NCBI GenBank assembly: GCA_032718475.1
Contig: JAUCBJ010009110.1
Coordinates: 21,807 to 85,806 of the forward strand
DNA length: 64,000 bases
Direction of reading: 5' to 3'
From: Nemertoderma westbladi
Lineage: Eukaryota > Animalia > Xenacoelomorpha
Shown here: positions 41,201 to 48,825 of the stretch, piece by piece
Numbering within the stretch: the stretch's first letter is position 1
Layout: every line of letters starts with the position of its first letter
Notes under the pieces: generated by a model
Told to the model about the DNA's origin: nothing
Database searches by the model: none
The model's input: only the letters and a program-made list of their open reading frames with translations
Program-made: the position numbers and the translations under genes

Positions 41201-43916
41201 AATTTTCATCATAAAGAATAAATTACCATCACATTCTGTTAATGATGACATTCAGCAACAGCCATGGATAGATGGTTATAATAACATTGTTAAACTACGC
41301 AGCTGTTCTATTAACAGGGCGATTGACTTTGTAGAAAAGCAACCCCAGAGAGAAGGCAAGGAAGAAGTGTTAAATCTTCTTAATGAAATACAGGATGAAC
41401 ATGTTGATGGAAATCTCCATAAACGCTTTGTTGCCCAGAGCAAGGAAACTATTGCAGTTATACCGAATATAGGGGCAAATCATCGAATTAAATTTTTATA
41501 TCATATCATATTAACTCTTGGGGAGTTTACTACTGAATTAGATGTTATGGAAGTTGCTTCCTTTCCAATGGCATTCCAGAAAGCAGGTCTAATAGCTGAT
41601 TATAATAATCCTACAAAGGAAGAAGCAAACACCATCCTCAAAAGATATGTAAATGAACAGCTCCAGACTTATTCCTTTGGTGCAAATCAGTTCCAGAAAT
41701 ATTTAAGTAGTGCTAAAAGTGCTATAGATGAGATTCTACTCTCAGGTGGTCGCATATCTGCAGATGTCCCTTCAGTTTCATACATAGCTCTGCGTGACGA
41801 AGCTGCAGAACGAATCCATACTATTGAAAGATCTCGGAAACATTATCTCGTTGAGACCAACCATGGCGATCTTTCCACAAAGATGCAGCTCCCACCAATG
41901 GATGCTTTCATGGAGGCAACATTTGATTATCCCATTAACTGGGATCCACAACTCCCAGTAGCACTACACCAATCAATGCCTTCTCAAGCAGAGCAGAACA
42001 GTGCACTACAAACTATTAAACAAGTTGTCCACCAGTACTTGAATCCATCAACGAACCAGTTGCCTAAGTTTTTATTAATAACTGGACCACCAGGTTGTGG
42101 CAAGACTTTGCTCATTCAAATTGCCACCTTGTATGTTATATCGCGAGGTCTCAACGCTGCTTTACTTTCACTGACAAGTGAACGTTCCAGAACACTAGGC
42201 GGATTTCATATCCATATTGCCTTCCCAGTCCCAACTAGAAGTTTAAAGAGTAGTCACCCTCACATTCTGGCAAGACAAACTATCCAAAGTCTTAAAAAAG
42301 ATCCAATGAAACTACTTCTTCTAAAACGTACAAATGTATTTATCCTGGAAGAAGTAGGACTCATCTCTGCAGAATTTTATGGTGTTCTGGACACAACCAT
42401 GAAGAATATCATGAGTAATGATTTACCATTTGGAGGTAAACTACTTATTATGAATGGTGATCAACACCAGTTACCCCCTATAGATGGCCGTCCTATATTT
42501 ATGTCTACAAATGTTATTACTTCTTTCAAAGTGATTCAGCTGAAACATTATGTCCGTGCTGCATCAGATATTCATCTTCAAAATACTCTGGAATTGATGA
42601 GGCAGACCACCATTCCTCCATCAGAACAAAAACAGATTGTAAATAACATAATGGCTAATGCCAAGTTTGTTACCTCATGGAATGAGGTACCCCAAGAAGC
42701 TGTTAGAATTGTTGGAACAAGGAAAGCAGAGACAAAGGTAGTTAAGGAATTCCTGCAGCGCAAGATCTCTGACCAAAATGTTCGAACTGTCTCCTCCCTT
42801 GCGAAAGATGAAGTACAGCATCACTATGACTGGGCTCCAGCAGGCGCCCATGTGACACTACAACTAAATCGCCACTGTTTAGAGCCAGAGGAATTAATTC
42901 TCTTTGAAGGAGCCGTTACTAGATTAACCCGTAACCATCAACATGGGAACACCCAATACTCCCAAGGCCAAGTTGCAGTGGTTCAGCACATCCCACAACA
43001 ATTCAATGACCAGGCACAGATAACTGTAGCTTTGGTTCCCCCAGGTGTGCGGAATATATTGCCAGTTCAAGCAACTTGGCAAAGAATTTTGCTAGGACGC
43101 ATTACAACTATGCCATCAGTTGTAGGAGTGCAACTTCTTCAAGGTCGAAGAACACAGTATCCCCTACGATACTTTATTGCCAACACAATACACCGAATAA
43201 TGGGTGAAACATGCCCAATAGCGGCGACACAAATATCATCATCAGATCGTATATTTAGATTATGGGAGAGGGAGCAACTTTTGGTACTTATATCGCGGGT
43301 TCCTAGTTTCCAGAATCTGTATTTTGTTGGTCTGAGAGCAGATACACGCATGGCATTAGCTGAAACATTATCACGTGACTCTATGTGGGCTGGCCCTATT
43401 GAAGAACGCCTGACAGCTCTTGACATTCAGAACACCAATCCACAACGTGTTGTAACAGATGAACAACATCCATTGCGACCGTTTTATAGAGATATTCCAG
43501 AATCAGAAACTGGTTATGTGTACATGTTAATATCTACAGCACATCCATCTGTAAGCTATGTAGGGCAAACATCCAGGAGTTTGTTGACTAGACTGCGGGA
43601 ACATAATAGCGGCAATGGCTCCATATTTACAGACCGCACAGAGTTCCATCCTTGGGCTATTTTTGCCTATATATGCCAATTTCCTACAGAGTCGGAAGAG
43701 GAAAGAAATGCACGAAGGTTGGATGTTGAGAGATTCATCCACAGAAATATCCGCCGAAACAGTGGACCCCAATACGTTCTAAATCAATTAATACGTATTG
43801 TTGCGGAATATAATAGAATATATAGAACCTCTTTAGTTGTCCATCAATGCGGATCTCTCTCAAATCCTGCAAGAAGTGGAACTGTTGAGTTTGAGGATGA
43901 TGCACCCGGTGGCTAA
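35202..43916 (+). CDS. Helitron-like RepHel polyprotein (~2900 aa): CCHC knuckle, OTU protease, HUH-Y2 Rep, PIF1-like helicase, GIY-YIG endonuclease
   Basis: Uninterrupted 8.7-kb ORF, with the first ATG at 35202 in aaaATGg context (the track starts at TTG 35190). Motifs: CSKCGSSKHNIRTC; GGGDCLYYSI..WGTELNI..GHF; YFFTITAN..AEFQ..HFH..YLSKY; GPPGCGKT, ILEEVG, GDQHQLPP, TIHRIMGET, LISRV; GYVY..SYVGQT..RLREHNSG. Confidence 0.93.
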   Translation: MAKRKQKCSKCGSSKHNIRTCSKGKGITVTFMEQMEQVEQPHGEEENPEERMANEEGPPVDEEPQEEQIEHGEGHQGEERMDNGEEGQGMEQQHEERIDNGEGGQGVEQQQEERMDYGEEGQGVEQPPEERVDNGEGGQGVEQQQGERMDNGEEGQGVEQPPEERVDNGEGGQGVEQQQGERMDNGEGGQGVEQQQGERMDNGEEGQGVEQQQGERMDNGEEGQGVEQPQEERMDNGEEQHQEEQREWEEVQQRGEKRGQDSQGGQRRRRREGTPPDIQSDPGTQQEETAREGGQNQSRTGPSRTQFIVLQGSNNIPPQEWLDTTCQLNGLHIQPNQGGGDCLYYSILQGLDLLNFNRHYTVASLRNLSANEMARNPLPYSNRFLVPTNAEIAGMYPRPANNFNNFILATRGGEWGTELNIMSLAIHLPASICLISTETRGVLHFGNSPDVIYIAHWPGHFAALLPGTGNHSNFIPHTQHPQSSTGSCQPSTSNIRQQSTTRNQSQNAGSSYHRPPPCNRTGTYGNLPERRSPQPNTINPNHPPNNGHTQNPSTQVHPTTSSVQQNISSTEQPTSNLTAPTTTPSAVNMTLLCECCQRHSTAIYDIQVAIRGSCKGKKYGRLVQRRQYSLPVCCAQCNSYLNQNKTDIRRNWNIMWPAVLNSCLSAVSLMPEDKHIELWKQLPTNIQEMWSSLSLPPSGIPIFRDFTPQLREFNQDIKTNTLGGLRKAMNRECFPEVKCPLGCWQWVDMCKYIPFIDYLAYANIVSLPNSDREYFRSARPDWPTLPRQYLLTWTINPGVVIDDDNGLSVLVCKDHKSTKQQVIHIQENPFYEEGALQSYEVFAPTTLTPNIVRQGRLNKWNSSNYVVNCIGGYHGLSTFTLGASELDLPPITQQQVLREGLCLKFRNDIRETYLNTTWGGASGIVKSKLTGLMNSGRTPEGIALKKCLAGGSYMSICDTFHAWQISRLQNERQEAQSSNIKYIFQAKSLILSIVHPMNDVGAFPFKVNINHIHDCLGIAITTILLYNRRIHQLCLQKYISENDNLLGWILASVASISGLNHPSRSCNKNVVYTKISTDPCVLTTPDAPFMDKVVNLLLRLSTKSTLRTMEQIVSRTETRSDLYDVIICRNSSSQGIQPKTRIGEFKLMFVLTEDIEDTIIFRWEPDMRFWCIGNGGSRVATTACNKSSWFHTWRLAIYVNTNTNEHRDDTIKRSLGGQRQLTCAKHSLYLINEPRVSNATCSVGNCRKPANHRCPDGILSYHCLVAVCLKHFRLYAIGNASPITIRYRQSPLCNNQPLEPCTNQGEIDSDAELEDLLLEVNIDNNINSDEEHDNSGFDIIIPENADQDSDWEYLEDLQNFLTDENTLPSGDIPSSASSRKQIFHVTGSQSFPSHCLLNDIYGLLHRDLSKHPGAKKAQLLNEIVAKNSAPSTSLLYLEGNIFPTTFWYNHFDAIVGAIPHHIFTEMSTAISRHHVSSNQDMLTIRLRDGDLSTSHDLNYLHWAADVRINSNLNKRPTTVFFNRGLEFLDESRATKSDVHDTPLEFEESNSSRVVKELAALINKYPWSYFFTITANETSTMGLAPIIYKMKNFCEANDMEYSDIYDANVLLLCRAWERVAQYILDYIETSHEERLGPVQHMFARAEFQDKGAKGNKCHFHGGISLYPEPIQTTMDRVTCDPDRLPFGPDDFHKLLHAGIVDSWQDFHEAKSIVEMVTVHNCKAASERCHKRKDKDGNKICRVPSHPTSSSNWFQEKKDLYSKEIYNILEDIGLAKRVLNKEYQLEWQLAPNLTAGRYHYSTRHPPTYLPTIAEMALALRSSFNCQVTDRKFSSSYLSKYIGGVEERRQVKVYGTKNPDIVRTEVGDQENVKISGVRINQAIKKDIASNSREIGIPELARFALGYPYTRCTADFIHISTLPPEYRSAVCAKKSNEHIEGSFGSYISGIELRNNLPLWRHFTHSQQRLIREYVSSDYRLGNTERFNIRPPEICIFNKLVDYHEIFIIKNKLPSHSVNDDIQQQPWIDGYNNIVKLRSCSINRAIDFVEKQPQREGKEEVLNLLNEIQDEHVDGNLHKRFVAQSKETIAVIPNIGANHRIKFLYHIILTLGEFTTELDVMEVASFPMAFQKAGLIADYNNPTKEEANTILKRYVNEQLQTYSFGANQFQKYLSSAKSAIDEILLSGGRISADVPSVSYIALRDEAAERIHTIERSRKHYLVETNHGDLSTKMQLPPMDAFMEATFDYPINWDPQLPVALHQSMPSQAEQNSALQTIKQVVHQYLNPSTNQLPKFLLITGPPGCGKTLLIQIATLYVISRGLNAALLSLTSERSRTLGGFHIHIAFPVPTRSLKSSHPHILARQTIQSLKKDPMKLLLLKRTNVFILEEVGLISAEFYGVLDTTMKNIMSNDLPFGGKLLIMNGDQHQLPPIDGRPIFMSTNVITSFKVIQLKHYVRAASDIHLQNTLELMRQTTIPPSEQKQIVNNIMANAKFVTSWNEVPQEAVRIVGTRKAETKVVKEFLQRKISDQNVRTVSSLAKDEVQHHYDWAPAGAHVTLQLNRHCLEPEELILFEGAVTRLTRNHQHGNTQYSQGQVAVVQHIPQQFNDQAQITVALVPPGVRNILPVQATWQRILLGRITTMPSVVGVQLLQGRRTQYPLRYFIANTIHRIMGETCPIAATQISSSDRIFRLWEREQLLVLISRVPSFQNLYFVGLRADTRMALAETLSRDSMWAGPIEERLTALDIQNTNPQRVVTDEQHPLRPFYRDIPESETGYVYMLISTAHPSVSYVGQTSRSLLTRLREHNSGNGSIFTDRTEFHPWAIFAYICQFPTESEEERNARRLDVERFIHRNIRRNSGPQYVLNQLIRIVAEYNRIYRTSLVVHQCGSLSNPARSGTVEFEDDAPGG
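35223..35264 (+). other. CCHC zinc knuckle (CX2CX4HX4C)
   Basis: CSKCGSSKHNIRTC, preceded by a basic KRKQK stretch that may be an NLS. Confidence 0.85.
35436..35917 (+). repeat. In-frame 51-bp coding minisatellite (17-aa ERMDNGEEGQGVEQQQG, ~9.5 copies)
   Basis: Visible in both DNA and protein. It explains the overlapping shadow ORFs at 35265-36168. Confidence 0.95.
36190..36600 (+). other. OTU-family cysteine protease (deubiquitinase-like) domain
   Basis: GGGDCLYYSI (Cys codon at 36225), LR helix, WGTELNIMSLA, and GHF (His codon at 36579) match the OTU layout. OTU domains are established in Helentrons. Confidence 0.85.
39890..40730 (+). other. HUH-Y2 rolling-circle replication initiator (Rep) domain
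   Basis: Motif 1 YFFTIT (39903), motif 2 AEFQ...HFH (40131-40178), a Helitron-like HNC..RC..CRVP segment, and motif 3 YLSKY (40701-40715). Confidence 0.88.
41980..43330 (+). other. PIF1-like superfamily 1B DNA helicase domain
   Basis: Q-motif-like SQAEQ, Walker A GPPGCGKT (42084), Walker B ILEEVG (42348), PFGG..GDQHQLPP, HYVRA, YPLR..ANTIHRIMGET and QLLVLISRV. Confidence 0.92.
43505..43800 (+). other. GIY-YIG endonuclease domain (SLX1/YhbQ-like)
   Basis: GYVYMLISTAHPSVSYVGQTSRSLLTRLREHNSG, then FT...HPW and a candidate catalytic Glu in RRLDVERFIH. Confidence 0.85.
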
Positions 43917-44042
43917 ATTTTATTCATAATAGCTCCAAAATTTACGTTTTAAATTATCACCTGCACCATTCCTCTAGATTCCAAGTAATACCACTATCCC
44001 TACTTCATCTACAATATATTCTCCCATAATTAGCCATTGAGC

Positions 44043-45128
44043 AAGGTGACTTTATTTTGCCCGTTTGTATATAATGCTTTATCAATTTTATCACAATCAA
44101 TTTGCTCTATTTTAACATTTTTCCCTTGTATGAGGTGAGTGTATGTTTGCCCGTACATGTGTACAATGATTTGCTAATTCATACCACAATCCATTTTGCT
44201 CCAATTTCACATTTTGCCATGTATGAGGTGAGTGGATGTTTGCCCATACTTGTGTAGAATGCTTTGCCAATTCATACCACAATCCATTTTGCTCCGCTTT
44301 CATATTTTGCCCAAGTATGAGGTGAGTGTATGTTTGCCAGTACTGGTGTAGAATGCTTTACCAATTATACCGCAATCCATTTGCTCCACTAAATATTTTG
44401 CCATGTATGAAGTGAGTGTATGTTTGCCCGTACTTGTGTACAATGTTTTGCCAATTCATACCACGATCCATTTTGCTCCAATTTAATATTTTGCCAAGTA
44501 TGAGGTGAGTGTATGTTTGCCAGTACTGGTGTAGAATGCTTTACCAATTATACCGCAATCCATTTGCTCCACTAAATATTTTGCCATGTATGAAGTGAGT
44601 GTATGTTTGCCCGTACTTGTGTACAATGTTTTGCCAATTCATACCACAATCCGTTTTGCTCCAATTTCATATTTTGCCAATATGAGGTGAGTGTATGTTT
44701 GCCCGTACATGTGTACAATGTTTTGCCAATTCATACCACAATCCATTTTGCTCCAATTTCACATTTTGCCATGTATGAGGTGAGTGGATGTTTGCCCATA
44801 CTTGTGTAGAATGCTTTGCCATTCATACCACAATCCATTTTGCTCCAATTTCACATTTTGCCATGTATGAGGTGAGTGTATGTTTGCCCGTACTTGTGTA
44901 GATTGTTTTAACAATTCATACCACAATTACTTTTGCTCCACTTTAATATATTTCCCTAGTGCGAAGTAAGTGTATGTTTGCCTGTACTTGTGTAGAATGC
45001 TTTGCCTATTATACCACAATACATTTGCTCCACTTTAACACTAGTACCTAGTACGACGTGAGTGTATGTTTGCCCGTACTAGTGCCAAATAATTTACAAA
45101 ATCATATCACAGTCCGTTTACTCAACAT
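44043..45128. repeat. ~94-bp tandem repeat, ~11 diverged copies, directly 3' of the ORF
   Basis: tatgaggtgagtgtatgtttgcccgtacttgtgtagaatgctttgccaattcataccacaatccattttgctcc... The same family recurs at 50950-63496. Confidence 0.95.
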
Positions 45129-45130
45129 TT

Positions 45131-45390
45131 ATGATCTATCCTCTTTTATCAGTCAGCCGGTGGTTGTTGGTTGTCTATGCAGAGCCTCTTGTGTTCTGGA
45201 ATATTCTATCCTCCTTTATACAAACAAAAATTAATGATCTATCCACTTCTAGACCATTCTGCTCGTGGTTGTTGTGTATGTTGCACCTCTTGTGTTCTGG
45301 AATATTTTATCCTCTTCTAATAGAACCACCCATTAATTTATATATCCTCTTTCAGACCAGTTTTCTTGTGGTTGTTGTGTATGCTGCACC
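45131..45390. repeat. Degenerate monomers of the 107-bp satellite (also at 46458-46738)
   Basis: gctcgtggttgttgtgtatg..cttgtgttctggaatattttatcctctt, in the same orientation as the left array. Confidence 0.9.
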
Positions 45391-47321
45391 TCATTAATTA
45401 CTTAGATCAACTTAAAATATTTTGCCCTAGTGCGGGATGAGTGTAAAGTTTGCCTGTACTTCTTGTGTAGAATGCTTTGCCAATTTATACCTCAACCGTT
45501 TTCTCAACTTTAATGTTTTTCCCTAGTATTTACTATAATTATTAGTTAATTAGATTATATTACCTATATTAAATAAACACATTATTCACATTTAATTATA
45601 TATCCTAATAGGTATGGAATCTTTGACGTACATATTTGTCAAATACATAATATTACATAATATATAATATTGAATAATACATAATTACAATAAATATTTT
45701 ATATTTTAATTAATTTTTATAAAAATTTAAAAGAAAATGTAAAAATTAAGTATTTTGTGTGTAAGTACTACTAACTAGTACTATATGGCAATGATGATTG
45801 ATATCAGATAATGATAATGGACATAATTGAATCAATAATGTCACAATTGTCTTCATATGAAGATTATATATTCTGAGCCATATTGATTACTAATCATTCA
45901 TATATAAAATTACTTACTACTGTAGTTATAAATTATTTAAGAGCAATATCAGTATTTTAGTATTGGTCACCTTCCTGTTAGTTTAATATTCAATTGCCAA
46001 TCATGCAGTTCCTATTTATGCTACTTATAGTTTACTATTATATTTCCTTGCTCGCATTGACCCTATGTTTTATAATACTTCCAATAAAACCATAATAATT
46101 TGTAGGCCTTCTTGTATGCATGTCATTTCTTATGTAATTATTGCCGAATTTGTACGAATATATATTATCCTAGTAAATATATTAAAAAATACAAAAAAAT
46201 GCATATAATAAATCAAGAATAACTAATAAGTAAATAGAATAGATTGCATAGTCAATAAACTTTAATAACAATATATTATAAGTAAAAAACTAATATAAAA
46301 CTGCAATAACAACATAAATGATTAGCTAATTTTGAGTAAATACAAAAAGAAAATCCCACCACCAAGTACGCCATGCTATTTAGTCCACAAACATATTTAG
46401 ATGAAGTATCCTCCTAGCATCACATTGTTCTTAGCCTAACCTAATCCGCATCCCAAACTCGCGGTTGTTGTGTATGCTGCACCTCTTGTGTTCTGGAATA
46501 CTCGCGGTTGTTGTGTATGCTGCGCCACTTGTATTCTGGAATATTTTATCCTCTTTTAGTCGAACAACCTTAATGATCTATACTCTTTTACTGTAGACCA
46601 GTCCGCTCGTGGTTGTTGTGTATGCTGCACCACTTGTGTTCTGGAATATTTTACCCTCTTTTAATCGAACCACCAATTAATTTATATAATATCCTCTTTT
46701 AGACCAGTTTTCTTGTGGTTGTTGTGTATGCTGCACCTAATTAATTACTTAGATCCACTTAAAATAGTGGATTACACTCAGCGGGATGAGTGTAAAGTTT
46801 GCCTGTACTTCTTGTGTAGAATGCTTTTATAGTAATTACTACTATAATTATTATTTAATTAGATTCTATTACCTATATTAAATAAACACATTATTCACAT
46901 TCAATTATATATCCTAATAGTTATGGAATCTTTGCCGTACATATTTGTCAAATACAAAATATTACATAATATATAAAATTGAATAATACTTAATTACAAT
47001 AAATATTTTATATATATTTTAATTAATTTTTACAAAAATTTAAAAGAAATTGAAAAAATTAAGTATTTTGTGTGTAAGTACTACTAACTAGTACTATATG
47101 GCAATGATGATTGATATCAGATAATGATTAATAGACATAATTGAATCAATAATGTCACAATAGTCTTCATATGAAGATTATATATTCTGAGCCATATTGA
47201 TTACTAATACTAATCATTCATATATAAAATTACTTACTACTGTAGTTATAAATTATTTAAGAGCAATATCAGTATTTTAGTATTGGTCACCTTCCTGTTA
47301 GTTTAATATTCAATTGCCAAT
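45261..47321. repeat. ~730-bp direct duplication (45261-46001 and 46605-47321)
   Basis: Both copies run satellite monomers, a 94-bp remnant and an AT-rich tract, ending at caattgccaat. They are highly similar with small indels. Confidence 0.9.
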
Positions 47322-47639
47322 AAGCAATGTAGATTGCATAGTAATTAAAGTATTGTTTTTATATACTATAACTTTCCATTTATTTTATAATTTTGTGGAC
47401 CATAAGGCCGCCTCAAAGTTTCTTTAATTTCTCAACTTTAATCTAATATTATATTCCACTTTCAAGGCAGTAATATTTTAGTGACATGAAGTCATTGTAT
47501 GCTTTCACATATCCGGTTCCGGTACTGGTGATGTTTTTTACATTTTTGTGATAAACATATTGAAAATTATATTCATGCTGCCCGTTTTTATGTGGCAAAA
47601 GAGATTTTATTAATAATCAGCAATATATAATTAATAAAT

Positions 47640-48825
47640 ATTTTTTAGATAACTTATTTCGAGTTCTTAACTAAATAAGTACACTTTAGTATAACTAATC
47701 ATCCTTCTTATTATAGCAATTAAGTTAATTATAGCTCTATTATTCTATACATGGTTGTCAATATTTTTGTTATATACTTATTATTTCTACTGCCTATATT
47801 AACCAACTGTATAAAATAGAGGAAACTTTATTATACCTATTATAGCGCAGCTCTTTATATCAATAACTATTTGTAATTTATATTTTCATCACATTAATTC
47901 AGATACCCGTTTCAAGCAAAACCTTTAAAATGATTAATATAATTTCAGATTTTTGTGAAATTACAATTGCTATGGCCGAATATAAATGCACCCATTTATA
48001 TTTAATGTCAAATGCTATGTAAATAGCAAATATTGAACATAATCCTATGTTGTTGAAATATATATCCGTTATTTTCATATTATATGATCAAATATTATAT
48101 TATTAGAAAAAAAAAAACAAGGAAAGTATTATATTATTATTGGGGTGCACCTAGATATTGGTGATCAGGGTGCACTTTGCAATATGCAGGGTTATTATCG
48201 GGGTGCATTGTGGTTGTAACATTCATTTCATTTAATTTCTTGTGACAGGTGGGTGGGAGTGGTTATGGGGTAGTGGCAATGCACCTAGCGATGTTAACCT
48301 TGTCAGATCGTGGCAAGTCATATTATATATCAGAATAAATGACATACTGGATGCTCTCTATGTTATTAAACATTACTTTACTCAAAATCCATTTCTGCTA
48401 GGGCCTTTCTTTCTAGATATTGGATTGAAATGTATTTGTATAATTAACAAGAATTACATATCTAAATGTATAAATTTGCATATTATTCAGATATAGCAAT
48501 ATAATATATAATTTCCCTGAAATGTGAAATTATATTCATTATTTTATAGTTCTTGCTTGAAACGGGTATCTGAATTGATATGATAAATATATAAAAGTCA
48601 AATATTAATTTATATATTTAGCTACACTACAATATATATAATAAAGTTATCTTTATTTTCTACGTTTGGTTATTATAGGCGATAATTATAATATGTGTAT
48701 AACAAAAAGATTATCAGTCATTATAGTATCATATAGCTATATTTCAGTTAATTGTTATATTAATTTTGATGATTTATTTCATTTCATACTGATTTAGTTA
48801 AGAACTCAAAATACGGTGTCTATGA
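47640..48825. repeat. Long diverged inverted repeat (~370-bp arms, ~450-bp spacer)
   Basis: aattcagatacccgtttcaagcaa (~47896) is the exact reverse complement of ttgcttgaaacgggtatctgaatt (~48553). gagttcttaactaaat (~47661) pairs with atttagttaagaactc (~48792). Confidence 0.85.

Larger units (their letters stand above)
20540..45128 (+). mobile_element. Helitron-like (Helentron/Helitron2-related) autonomous rolling-circle element; boundaries tentative
   Basis: Contains an intact RepHel ORF. The left limit is placed at the sharp end of the satellite and the right limit at the end of the first 94-bp array. No canonical 5'-TC/CTRR-3' ends or subterminal inverted repeats were identified, so the true extent may be larger or smaller. 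Confidence 0.5.

Noticed and set aside
36535-43772. Short ORFs nested in or antisense to the RepHel ORF
   Set aside because: Short, with no recognisable motifs, and of a size expected by chance.
35202-43916. Host PIF1 gene, Penelope retroelement or viral gene
   Set aside because: The fused HUH Rep and the lack of introns argue against host PIF1. No reverse transcriptase, capsid or polymerase is present.
45035-45530. CTAG motifs as a canonical Helitron 3' end
   Set aside because: They are variants inside 94-bp monomers and lack a GC-rich hairpin ~11 nt upstream, so no single terminus is supportable.
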